Source: a virus. From it: 64,000 bases of DNA. The stretch's first letter is position 1. Each line of letters starts with the position of its first letter. The DNA lies in IMG/VR virus record IMGVR_UViG_3300009068_004979. One strand, given 5' to 3'. Shown here piece after piece: positions 1 to 8,933 of the stretch. Below the pieces are notes generated by a model that did not search any database, was not told the origin of the DNA, and saw only the letters and a program-made list of their open reading frames with translations. The position numbers were made by a program, and so were the translations under genes.

Positions 1-782
1 GAGGTACTAGAAAAAGAATTCTGCTTTGCTGTTTCATATAACTTGATTCTATTATAGTCATTTTTAAGCGGGTTTTCAACTAATATGGCCAACTGTTCTT
101 CAAATGATTTAGTATGAATGAATGGCATAAGAGAATAGTGCACCGGGTGTAAAGATATGCCTTGATTGGTTATATCCATGTTAGTTGTGCCTGAAGTCTC
201 ATCTTTTAGATCAATTAAATTAATCCCATATGCTTTCATTATTTCGCCAACTAGAACATCTTCTCCTTTGTATGTTTCCGGTGTATTATGAAATGTATCA
301 AAATTATTCAGCGTGATTGTTTTTACTGCCTCATAATCTAAGATATAAAAGCTGCCTTCAGCATATGCATTTTTTGCATCGCGTTTGGAAACATGAAATG
401 ATTTGTTCTTTATTTTATAATGATGATATGTTGCTGCACGATTGGGCTCATTCTTTTTACCTGCATATTTGACATTCGACAAATTGAGTTGCAGAAACTT
501 CTCAACATTAACATAGGTATCATCATTAACTTTAACAACGTGTGTGAAGTCACAATGTTGCAGAAGTTTTTGCATGGCCAGATATGTTTTAAGTGGCAAT
601 TGCTCATAACACTCTTGGAAGTTTTCCAGGTATAAAGAATTTGGTAGATCATTTAACTTATCACCTGAAACAAAGAAAAATGGTATATTGTTTTTAATCA
701 AATCCTGAATCCAAGTATCCAGAAGGCATTTACACCTGTGCACAGTTTTAGCGCAGGTGTAAATTACGAACACGCATTTCAT
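1..782 (-). CDS. GT31 (Fringe/beta-1,3-galactosyltransferase-like) glycosyltransferase, runs off the window edge; absent from the ORF track
   Basis: Manual translation from ATG at 782 is open to base 1: MKCVFVIYTC..RCKCLLDTW..ECYEQLPLKTY..FTHVVKVNDDTYVN..YAEGSFYILD..GEDVLVG..LHPVH. These are the GT31 motifs in order. ATGA overlap (779-782) with the upstream gene. Confidence 0.75.
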   Translation of the reverse strand, partial: MKCVFVIYTCAKTVHRCKCLLDTWIQDLIKNNIPFFFVSGDKLNDLPNSLYLENFQECYEQLPLKTYLAMQKLLQHCDFTHVVKVNDDTYVNVEKFLQLNLSNVKYAGKKNEPNRAATYHHYKIKNKSFHVSKRDAKNAYAEGSFYILDYEAVKTITLNNFDTFHNTPETYKGEDVLVGEIMKAYGINLIDLKDETSGTTNMDITNQGISLHPVHYSLMPFIHTKSFEEQLAILVENPLKNDYNRIKLYETAKQNSFSST

Positions 783-1039
783 TTAATAGACGATATTAAT
801 TTTTGTATGAAACAGGCCTTGTAGTAATTTACTTCACAAGCATTGCAGTTGCTTCTTTTAATGATTCTTTCTTCTGCTTTAAAATATTCATCACGCAATG
901 CATCACCATTGGGGAAAATGGAAGGAACAGGTAAGTCTTTATTAAAGAAATCTCTCAGCTCAGAATCATATACATCTGTTTTCCGCTCAATTTCTTTTTC
1001 GAGCTCATCATACTGCTGAAGATTTTCTGTGTCAAGCAT
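779..1039 (-). CDS. Small hypothetical protein with C-terminal CxxC-x8-C
   Basis: 86 aa ORF containing SNCNACEVNYYKAC; its stop overlaps the GT31 start. Confidence 0.6.
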   Translation of the reverse strand: MLDTENLQQYDELEKEIERKTDVYDSELRDFFNKDLPVPSIFPNGDALRDEYFKAEERIIKRSNCNACEVNYYKACFIQKLISSIK

Positions 1040-1096
1040 AAAAAGATATTTTAAATATATAGCTCAAAGCTGAAGTTTTGCAACTATATCGTAGAG

Positions 1097-1729
1097 TTAT
1101 AATAAATCCTTAGGGTTCATAGCAAAGCTTACAAATCTTGCATTTTGCCCTGTCAGGCTGGCTCTATGTGGTAAAATTCCGTTAAAAATAAAATAATCAC
1201 CTTTTTTGCTTAAAAGCTTTTCTTCTCTATCAACACTTACAATAAAGTCACCATCTTCTATATCTTCTAATAAGAAGTGTATCATAACAGCATCGTGACC
1301 GTGCCCTTCGTCTTCAAGAACTAGAGCGCCTTGCTTGAAACAAAATATCCAAGCTACAGATAGCCAAGTAGGTAATATTTTTAGAGTATTTGCAAAAAAA
1401 GCTGCATCAGAATAAACATGCATCTTTCCTGCAATTTGTTGCATTTCAGCAGTCTTCAAAGCATAGTTTTGTTCTGGTCCATCTAAAATAAAATTAAATA
1501 ATTCTTCTTTATACCCAGTGCAGCCACACTTCTTGACAGAGCTATACATAAATGGCAGAGAATACATTTTAATATAATCTGTTTGTAAAATTTTATTATA
1601 TTTAGTATGCTGCTCAATTGGCAAATTTTGCAAAAAATCATAGTAATCTTTACATGCGGCTTGTACTAGCTCATCTTTAATCTGTACTAAATTTGGAAAC
1701 GTTTCAATAGATAAAAAATTTGTTTTCAC
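1097..1729 (-). CDS. Asp/Asn beta-hydroxylase-like cupin oxygenase
   Basis: GHGHD..MIHFLL..GDYFIFNGILPHRA..ARFV fits the AspH-type double-stranded beta-helix; GTG start. Confidence 0.55.
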   Translation of the reverse strand: MKTNFLSIETFPNLVQIKDELVQAACKDYYDFLQNLPIEQHTKYNKILQTDYIKMYSLPFMYSSVKKCGCTGYKEELFNFILDGPEQNYALKTAEMQQIAGKMHVYSDAAFFANTLKILPTWLSVAWIFCFKQGALVLEDEGHGHDAVMIHFLLEDIEDGDFIVSVDREEKLLSKKGDYFIFNGILPHRASLTGQNARFVSFAMNPKDLL

Positions 1730-1734
1730 TACTA

Positions 1735-2346
1735 TTAATTAATACTATTGTTAAGCAAATCTATACGCGCAGCGAAAACAATTAAACATACATATCCACC
1801 GATGCATCTAGCGCTATGAAGTAATCTCCCATCTAGCGAAAAAAAATGACCTAATTTGCTTGCTTTGTATTCATGATTGTTGCAGTGTACTTGTAAATAT
1901 CCATTGTGCTCAATATCATTAAGAAGAATAAAGGTATGCATTTCGGCTTCATCATGTATGTGACTAGGTATATGTGAGTTTGCTTTTATATAGAGTAATG
2001 TAGTATTAGTAATACAATCAATACTATTAGCTAGTTTAGATATGTTTGGAAAATAAAGCGAACTATCATATGCATATATACTTTGATCAAAACTCGCATA
2101 AGCTTGTCGACATGCATCATCTTGGCATGAAATTTCGGGATCAAAGATTATATTGCATTCAATAGCTTTACTTGCAGGGTCTTTAGAATGCAGTCTAACA
2201 AAATACATGTTAGTCAGTTCATTCTTTATAAATTCATCATGTCTGTTTTTCTCTTTTTGCGGCAAGTTTATTAAGAATCTGCTTACTTCTTCTTGAATTA
2301 ATAATAAGCTTTTATCAGGCAAAAAATGCGTATTGGTATAAATCAT
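1735..2346 (-). CDS. Asp/Asn beta-hydroxylase-like cupin oxygenase
   Basis: IKANSHIPSHIHD..HTFILL..FFSLDGRLLHSA; paralogous to both neighbours. Confidence 0.55.
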   Translation of the reverse strand: MIYTNTHFLPDKSLLLIQEEVSRFLINLPQKEKNRHDEFIKNELTNMYFVRLHSKDPASKAIECNIIFDPEISCQDDACRQAYASFDQSIYAYDSSLYFPNISKLANSIDCITNTTLLYIKANSHIPSHIHDEAEMHTFILLNDIEHNGYLQVHCNNHEYKASKLGHFFSLDGRLLHSARCIGGYVCLIVFAARIDLLNNSIN

Positions 2347-2351
2347 ATTAA

Positions 2352-3005
2352 TTAGAATTCAGATCCCACAACCAATAACGTACGGTTTTTTTTGCCTCGC
2401 TCTATTGCTATATGCTCATATGAAGAATCAAATATAAGCAGGGGTTCCTCAGGACATAGGTGCACAGATTTGCCAAGTGCTTCAATTTGCATATATTCAT
2501 CTGATTCAGTTAAATTAAAAGATGACAAATAATATTGAGGATGGTCATGCGGATCAAAATGTGTACCAGGCTTAAATTCAATAAACATTGCTTGCCACAA
2601 TTTGGGTACATGTTGTGTTACTAGTGCATAAGATTCTTTAAAGAGATAAGAAATGTCTTCATCAGAGAAATAATTAAAATCAAACATTTTTTTAAGTGTT
2701 ACATGATGCTTAATATAAGAGCGCTCTTCTGGTGTCATCTGGTATGTAGGAGCACAAATACCATTATAATATCCAGTATCTTCTTTAAATTTTCTTGTGG
2801 GGTTCTTAGTGAAAAACGGTACAGATAATGCTTTAATTAAAGGGCAACTTAGCATATTGTTTAAATGCTCTGCTGCTACCGGATGCGCTGTTTGTACAGT
2901 GTGTTTGTAATTCTCATACTCGCTCAAGAATACCTGTTTATGTTGTAGCAGTGTTAAGGCCCAGTACAAATTTTCAGGTACATTTTCTCTAGTATATAAT
3001 ATCAT
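2352..3005 (-). CDS. Asp/Asn beta-hydroxylase-like Fe(II) oxygenase
   Basis: FKPGTHFDPHDH..LLIFDSSYEHIA..NRTLLVV resembles AspH PGT.I.PH..FDDS.EHE..R..L. Confidence 0.65.
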   Translation of the reverse strand: MILYTRENVPENLYWALTLLQHKQVFLSEYENYKHTVQTAHPVAAEHLNNMLSCPLIKALSVPFFTKNPTRKFKEDTGYYNGICAPTYQMTPEERSYIKHHVTLKKMFDFNYFSDEDISYLFKESYALVTQHVPKLWQAMFIEFKPGTHFDPHDHPQYYLSSFNLTESDEYMQIEALGKSVHLCPEEPLLIFDSSYEHIAIERGKKNRTLLVVGSEF

Positions 3006-3745
3006 AAGGCCTCTCTACAATGAAGATATTTTAAATATATAGCTCTAAGCCGTAGTTTCTCAACTCTGCCTATATAATTTTCAATGTATCCTTTTTTAGT
3101 CGTTCCCCATGGCTTATACTCAATAAAATGTAAAATCTTTATATCTTTAAAATCTATTCTGCTTAGTAGATCTAGTGTGGTATTATAGCTTATTGGCATG
3201 GGTGTTATTTTATCTGCAAAGAATAAATTGAGTGGTATTTGATTGCCACTAAATTTTTTTGTCTGAACAATATTCAAAAGCTCTTCTCTTATGCTTTCAT
3301 TTAAATGGCTCTTGCCTATGACCATAACACCGGCGTTGAACCCAATTTGCTCATTATTATATACTAGATTGTGCTTATATTCGTTACAACTTATATTAAA
3401 ATCACCTTCAAAATTAAAAATATCTGAAATACTATTGAGTATTATAGTATCACTATCTAGGTACAAGATTTTGTCGTATTTCTTGAGTTTGAATATATCA
3501 AATTTGCATACTGGTGAAATGCCCCAGTCCCGCGAAAAATATTTGCTATATTCCTTATATTCTGATATGCGCTTAAAAATAATATTGTGATTTTTATTAA
3601 CTGGTACTGCTTTAAAATCTAAATCATCTGTGTGCATAATTACAATATCACAGCTGAGCTGTCCGTTAATATATAAACTCTTTAATGAGCAGATTAGAGA
3701 GTTAAAATAATTTGAATTAACTATGTATACAACTGCTGTTTTCAT
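3002..3745 (-). CDS. Glycosyltransferase family 8 (glycogenin/LgtC-like)
   Basis: YDKILYLDSD, FNAGVMV, NQIPLN, HFIEYKPW; likely start MKTAVV at 3745 (track start 3757). Confidence 0.85.
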   Translation of the reverse strand: MKTAVVYIVNSNYFNSLICSLKSLYINGQLSCDIVIMHTDDLDFKAVPVNKNHNIIFKRISEYKEYSKYFSRDWGISPVCKFDIFKLKKYDKILYLDSDTIILNSISDIFNFEGDFNISCNEYKHNLVYNNEQIGFNAGVMVIGKSHLNESIREELLNIVQTKKFSGNQIPLNLFFADKITPMPISYNTTLDLLSRIDFKDIKILHFIEYKPWGTTKKGYIENYIGRVEKLRLRAIYLKYLHCREAL

Positions 3746-4556
3746 GGTAATATTCATTTACAAAGCTGGCTTGCAAGTCAGCCGGTAACGTTGCAGAAAA
3801 ATCTGTTATCATATTTTTATAGACCAAATGCTGCACTCGATTCATGGGTTGCTTGGCTCTTATTGCTTTTCTTATATTTAAAAATGTATTTTGATTGATG
3901 ATGCGCTTAGAAAGCATGCATGTATAATTATAAGCAGCGATATTGACTTCATGTGGCGGTTCAACGCTATATTTGTCAGCACCATAATAATAAAGACTTT
4001 TATCTAAGAAAGATATTTTTTTATTTTGCATAATGAACTCAAGCCATAGCAGATAATCTTGATATCGAGAAAGACTCTCCGGATACCATCCTAACTCTTC
4101 TACCACTTGTTTTTTATACATCACATTATGCTCAATATGATTAAAAAAGATCATTTTAAAAGGTAAGAATTCTAGTCTTGTCAATTGTTTGTGTTGCGAT
4201 TTAGTTGAAAAATTTGAGTAAACTAAATCACTATGATCTTGCTGTAATTTAGTAAGAAATAATTCTAGTCTGTCTGGACCGGAGATATTATCTGAATCTT
4301 GTCTTAGGATGTAGGTGCCTCTGCATAGCTTTAATCCTATATTCAGAGCTCTTGATATACCCTGATTATATGGCAACGTATGAATGATAATTCTAGGATC
4401 AGTATATTGTTTAAGTATTTGTGTTGTAGTGCTATTGCTGCCATCATTAATAATAATAAACTCGAAATCACTATAGGACTGATTTACAATAGATTCAATG
4501 CTCAGTTGAAGATTGTCTTTGCTTTCATTAAATACAGGCATTAGTACGGACACCAT
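3717..4556 (-). CDS. Glycosyltransferase family 2
   Basis: MVSVLMPVFNE, FEFIIINDGS, NQGISRALN, RQDSD, YQDYLLW; start reassigned to MVSVL at 4556. Confidence 0.9.
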   Translation of the reverse strand: MVSVLMPVFNESKDNLQLSIESIVNQSYSDFEFIIINDGSNSTTTQILKQYTDPRIIIHTLPYNQGISRALNIGLKLCRGTYILRQDSDNISGPDRLELFLTKLQQDHSDLVYSNFSTKSQHKQLTRLEFLPFKMIFFNHIEHNVMYKKQVVEELGWYPESLSRYQDYLLWLEFIMQNKKISFLDKSLYYYGADKYSVEPPHEVNIAAYNYTCMLSKRIINQNTFLNIRKAIRAKQPMNRVQHLVYKNMITDFSATLPADLQASFVNEYYHENSSCIHS

Positions 4557-4584
4557 ACAAGCATTTAAGTAGGAATAATATATT

Positions 4585-5400
4585 ATGCAACGCAAACTAG
4601 CCTTTGTATCAACTTTAAATAGGGACTACCTTCTAGGGTTCAAGGTATTTTTATATAGCATATTGCAGCATAATCCAAATTTAGATTACGACTATATTAT
4701 TTTTAACGAGGGAGACATAACGCAAGAGGATGTTGCAGAGCTACGTAAAATATATAGTAAAATTATTCTTAAAGAAATTGATACTACTTTTTATAGTGAC
4801 TGCAAATTTCAAGCCTATAGAGCTTGGAAAATAAACCCTGCTCATAGATTGGAAATATTCAAATTAACTGAATATGATAAAATCATATTCTTTGACGCAG
4901 ATATGCTTTGCACTGGTAGTATAGCAGAACTCTTTACTATGAGTCATGATTTTGCTGGCGTTGCACACCCTATGCATGATGCAGGAGATATTTATAACTA
5001 TGGCTATTTCAAGCAAAATAAAGGGTTTAATGGTGGATTAATGGTTGTAGATAAGAAATTTTTAACTGAAAAGACAGTTGATGATTTAAAGAAAATAATA
5101 AGCGGTTATACTTGGTTTGGTAACCAAGCCAGTTTAAACATATATTTTAAAGATACAGTAACATACATTGCAAACAAATATTTTCTCTCCACACCATTTA
5201 TGAATTTTAAAAATATTAAAGAATCGGTAATATGGCATTTTGTTGGAGATAAAAAACCGTGGCATGGTGTTCCTTTTGATGGAAAAAATATTGACGTAAT
5301 GCATATAAAGTATAACAAGCATGTGCTTGGATCTACCGCTTTTCATGTATTAATGAAAGTGCAATCAGTGTACGAGAAGTATCTTGCTAAAGTTTTGTAA
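4585..5400 (+). CDS. Glycosyltransferase family 8 (glycogenin-like)
   Basis: YDKIIFFDADML, FNGGLMV, GNQASLN, HFVGDKKPW. Confidence 0.85.
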   Translation: MQRKLAFVSTLNRDYLLGFKVFLYSILQHNPNLDYDYIIFNEGDITQEDVAELRKIYSKIILKEIDTTFYSDCKFQAYRAWKINPAHRLEIFKLTEYDKIIFFDADMLCTGSIAELFTMSHDFAGVAHPMHDAGDIYNYGYFKQNKGFNGGLMVVDKKFLTEKTVDDLKKIISGYTWFGNQASLNIYFKDTVTYIANKYFLSTPFMNFKNIKESVIWHFVGDKKPWHGVPFDGKNIDVMHIKYNKHVLGSTAFHVLMKVQSVYEKYLAKVL

Positions 5401-6069
5401 TAAACTGCTTCTGCCAAATCCTTCGGTGTTTACTTGTAATTTTCTACTAGTAATGTAGCTATCTATGTGATTAAAGAGTGTTTTATCATGCGTATTGCTT
5501 TCCAGGGTGAATGGCGTAAAAAATATTTTTTTAAAAAATAGTAGATCAAAATTAACTCCATTGACAAAGCAACGTCTTATGAAATCACTATATGGTGTCG
5601 CCACACCATCTTTCATTAATGATTCATCAAAACCTCGCATTTGATCAAATACTTGTTTACCGATAACTAGCAATTTTTCTGTTATTTCTGTTATTTTATT
5701 AGAAACAAGTATATTATCTGGTTTTGTTTTAATTAATTTAGATATGAAATATGCATTTAATATGGTATGATTTGTATTTAAGATAAGAACTTCTCCTTGT
5801 GCAGCTTTGCAAAGTAAATTAAGAGGATGCGAGGCTTGAAAGCGCTGCGGTCTTTCATTTTGATAAAAATTAACCTTTCCGCTTTCTATTGCTTTTGCGT
5901 AATGTTTCTTAATAATTTCATCTACATTTTTTTTGTAAGGGTAATTTAAAATCACTAGCTCATAATTTAAACCAGCCATTTCAAGTAATTTTATATTTGT
6001 ATCAATAGCGGTTTTAGATTGCTCAAGAGTATCATCATAAAATACACAGTAAGAATATTTGGGTTTCAT
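5365..6069 (-). CDS. Divergent GT-A fold protein (GT2/GT7C-like) lacking DxD
   Basis: ELVILNY, N....AAQGEVLIL, FDQMRGFDESL, SDFIRR; LNTNHT lies where the DxD is expected. Confidence 0.5.
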   Translation of the reverse strand: MKPKYSYCVFYDDTLEQSKTAIDTNIKLLEMAGLNYELVILNYPYKKNVDEIIKKHYAKAIESGKVNFYQNERPQRFQASHPLNLLCKAAQGEVLILNTNHTILNAYFISKLIKTKPDNILVSNKITEITEKLLVIGKQVFDQMRGFDESLMKDGVATPYSDFIRRCFVNGVNFDLLFFKKIFFTPFTLESNTHDKTLFNHIDSYITSRKLQVNTEGFGRSSLLQNFSKILLVH

Positions 6070-7448
6070 ATTTTAAAAAACCACGTAGGTAGCGGTTTAT
6101 AAAACCCAACTTTTTCAAAAATTTCTTTGCCTTGATTGTCTACATCTACAAAAGGAAATTTATTAGCCAACATGTATTGCCGCTGGGGTTGTTTAAAATG
6201 TTGATAAATGCTTTTATCAAGCCACAATGTTTCTTGCCAAACTTCCTTATCTAGATATGGGTATCTTACTTCCAATCCATGTAGACCACAACAAAATTCA
6301 CATGAATAGATGTTGTTATCATCAAAATCAATAACGCCGTTAATATCATTAAGCTTTTTAAACAGCTGATTTATGTTCTTGTTCCCAATGACGTCACCTG
6401 CAAGACCAGATAGGCAAATCCTATAGCCCTCTTTCTTGGCTTTTGAAAATATAGCACCAGCTCCTAAGAAGCCATATGTTTCACGACAGACTCGGGACTT
6501 AAACTTGCCTTCATCAAAATAAAAATAACGATAGTCTTCGCATAAACTATAAATGGTGTCTTTTATTTCTTTTAACTCTTTGAACGATAAATTCATGTAT
6601 TCTTTATCTTTTATATTTGGTATCTCTATTTGTATATTCTCAACAACGGGTAGGGGCTTGGTAGCTGTATCATGGCGCCATAATAAAACATTGCTTGGAG
6701 GTGTTTTAACATTTACAGAGAAAGCTTTGAAGTTTAAGTTGTTTTTGAGGAGGCTTGCGCAAATAGTGCCGCTATCAAACCCTTCACTCAAGCCAATGAA
6801 TACTTTCTTATCAACATTGCTTGCTCGTTTTAATATGCTTCTTTCAAATGCAGCATTCCAATCATTAAAATCTGTTTTATACTCATTGTCAAGATCAAAT
6901 TCTGTAACGCGGTGAAGAGCCAAGTTTTTTTTCTTTGTATCTGCTATATAAAAATAATTGCCATATACACGGTGCACTTGCTTAAACCCTAGAATCTTAA
7001 GACAGCTTTCATATGTGGACATACCATATGATTCATTTTCAAACGAAAAAAAGATAGGTTTTGTGCCAAATGTATCTGATCCAAATATAATTTTGTTATT
7101 TTTAAAATCAATTAAAACAATAGCAAACTCACCATCAAGTTGTTTAAAGAATGTTTCACCATACTTTAAATAACATGGAATAAGACATTCACCATCAGAA
7201 GTATATTTGTCAGAAAAAGTTTTATAATTGTAAATTTCACCATTAAAAATACAAACAATGTCATGTTCCATATCAACAAAAGGCTGCTTTGTGAACAATC
7301 CTGTTATGCTGAGTAGGTTGTGTACAAATGTGACACCGCGGTGTTTGAAGATATTAGTAAGGTCTGGACCACGTAATTTTTGATAGAAATTGGCCTTCTC
7401 TAAGTCTTTGCTACTGATATCTTTGCTGGTTACAAGGAAACTGCACAT
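6066..7448 (-). CDS. asnB: Asparagine synthetase B-like glutamine amidotransferase
   Basis: Met-Cys N-terminus (MCSFL at 7448), RGPD, HNLLSITG..QP, FNGEIYNY, LDGEFA, D.FG.KP, LSEGFDSG, EVRYPYLD. Confidence 0.85.
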   Translation of the reverse strand: MCSFLVTSKDISSKDLEKANFYQKLRGPDLTNIFKHRGVTFVHNLLSITGLFTKQPFVDMEHDIVCIFNGEIYNYKTFSDKYTSDGECLIPCYLKYGETFFKQLDGEFAIVLIDFKNNKIIFGSDTFGTKPIFFSFENESYGMSTYESCLKILGFKQVHRVYGNYFYIADTKKKNLALHRVTEFDLDNEYKTDFNDWNAAFERSILKRASNVDKKVFIGLSEGFDSGTICASLLKNNLNFKAFSVNVKTPPSNVLLWRHDTATKPLPVVENIQIEIPNIKDKEYMNLSFKELKEIKDTIYSLCEDYRYFYFDEGKFKSRVCRETYGFLGAGAIFSKAKKEGYRICLSGLAGDVIGNKNINQLFKKLNDINGVIDFDDNNIYSCEFCCGLHGLEVRYPYLDKEVWQETLWLDKSIYQHFKQPQRQYMLANKFPFVDVDNQGKEIFEKVGFYKPLPTWFFKI

Positions 7449-7502
7449 ATAATTAATTATGACATAAATTGAAAATAGCATTTTCTTTATTAAATCATTT
7501 AA

Positions 7503-8654
7503 ATGATGGATGCAGAGTTTTGTATTTTGCCATGGGTTTCTCTTTATATTCGGGCAGATGGTAACATTTATCCGTGTGAGAGTGTAGCATGGAGCGGTGA
7601 CGATTATCTATTGGGCAATATAGAAGATTGTTCATTGGAGCAAGCATGGAATCATAGAGTGATGTGTGAATTGAGAAAAAAGGTTCTTCAATTAGGTACT
7701 TGCGAGCTCTCTAATGTTCAAAAAAATTCATGCATGTATTTGATCAATCACAGTCTTTATGCTGAAGCATATAAAAATGTAACAAAAACGCAACCAGACG
7801 GAACAGCTGAATTTACATTGCAAGCATTATTCTTAGAACGTTCAAACATGTGCAATTTGAAATGCATTTACTGCTGTGCTACTAGCAGCTCTATTTGGGA
7901 GAAAGAATCTGATGTAAAGATTAAGAAAATACCTGATGAAGATTATGATAAAAAATTGTTACCGTATCTTAATAAATTAAAAGAAATTTTTCTTTCTGGT
8001 GGTGAGCCGGTAATTAATCCTTATAACTATAAAATTTTAACTTATCTTTTAGAGCATAATCCTAATATACAAATCGGTATAGCAACAAACTTAACCTATG
8101 ATATTAACAAGTATAGTAAATTTTTTACAGCCTTATCAAAATTTACTAATACCCGAGTTTTTTGTAGTATTGATGATGAAGGCGAACGTTTTGAAAATAT
8201 AAGGGTAAATTCAAAATGGTCGCTAGTTAAGAGAAATTTGCGTGTCTTAAAGCAGTATAATGTTAAGATGTATTTTAATTCTGTAATCTCAATTTTAAAT
8301 GCATTTTATTTTAAAGAATTTCATAAAAACCTTATAAATGATAATATATTAGATATAGATAGTGTTCGCTATATAACACTTGCGGGTCCTGGCAATTTGT
8401 GTATTCAAGGTTTATCTGATAATAAAAAGGATGAATTAAAATCCTATCTTTTACAATACTATGCATTTTTGCGAAGCAAAGAAAATAACAAGCACAATAT
8501 AGACACTTATCCAAATTATAAAAAACCGTCGGATGCAATAAAACAAATTATAGAATTTTTATATGCCCGAACAGGTAGTGAAGCATACTTGCAAAATATC
8601 ACTAAATATGTTCCTGAGTGTGTATTACAAAAAACGTTTATGAAATTATTTTAA
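7503..8654 (+). CDS. Radical SAM enzyme with N-terminal twitch/SPASM domain
   Basis: FCILPW..DGNIYPC N-terminal twitch; CNLKCIYC; FLSGGEP; SIDD.GERFENIR. Confidence 0.9.
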   Translation: MMDAEFCILPWVSLYIRADGNIYPCESVAWSGDDYLLGNIEDCSLEQAWNHRVMCELRKKVLQLGTCELSNVQKNSCMYLINHSLYAEAYKNVTKTQPDGTAEFTLQALFLERSNMCNLKCIYCCATSSSIWEKESDVKIKKIPDEDYDKKLLPYLNKLKEIFLSGGEPVINPYNYKILTYLLEHNPNIQIGIATNLTYDINKYSKFFTALSKFTNTRVFCSIDDEGERFENIRVNSKWSLVKRNLRVLKQYNVKMYFNSVISILNAFYFKEFHKNLINDNILDIDSVRYITLAGPGNLCIQGLSDNKKDELKSYLLQYYAFLRSKENNKHNIDTYPNYKKPSDAIKQIIEFLYARTGSEAYLQNITKYVPECVLQKTFMKLF

Positions 8655-8933
8655 TTTTACAGTTCCTATTGTATAGTTTTCTGAAAGCTCGTAAATAGAA
8701 TTTCCTATATAAATTCCTTTATCAAGATCATAATATGTGAATCCGCTGTTGTTTTTTTCTGATTCATTATATTTTATAATGAATATGTTTTTATTTAATA
8801 TACTTCTCTCGTAGGTGCCTTTTGAATATGGCATGCCTTTGTTATTATGAGTCAAAAATGTGCCGTCGTTATTTAAAACTGTAACATATTCATTGGGCTT
8901 ACCTTCATCTGAATGCAATTCTATATAGTTCAT
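8646..8933 (-). CDS. Small beta-rich hypothetical protein resembling the N-terminal extension of the 11780-13336 radical SAM
   Basis: 95 aa ORF filling the gap; LNNDGTF..GMPYSKGTY. Confidence 0.5.
   Translation of the reverse strand: MNYIELHSDEGKPNEYVTVLNNDGTFLTHNNKGMPYSKGTYERSILNKNIFIIKYNESEKNNSGFTYYDLDKGIYIGNSIYELSENYTIGTVKLK

Noticed and set aside
410-652. Short ORFs 410-652(-) and 420-635(+)
   Set aside because: They are shadows of the GT31-like gene (782 to <1) in other frames.
6066-7448. Lasso peptide cyclase interpretation of the AsnB-like gene
   Set aside because: The glutaminase Met-Cys start is intact, and no transglutaminase-like leader peptidase, RRE or lasso-type precursor is visible.
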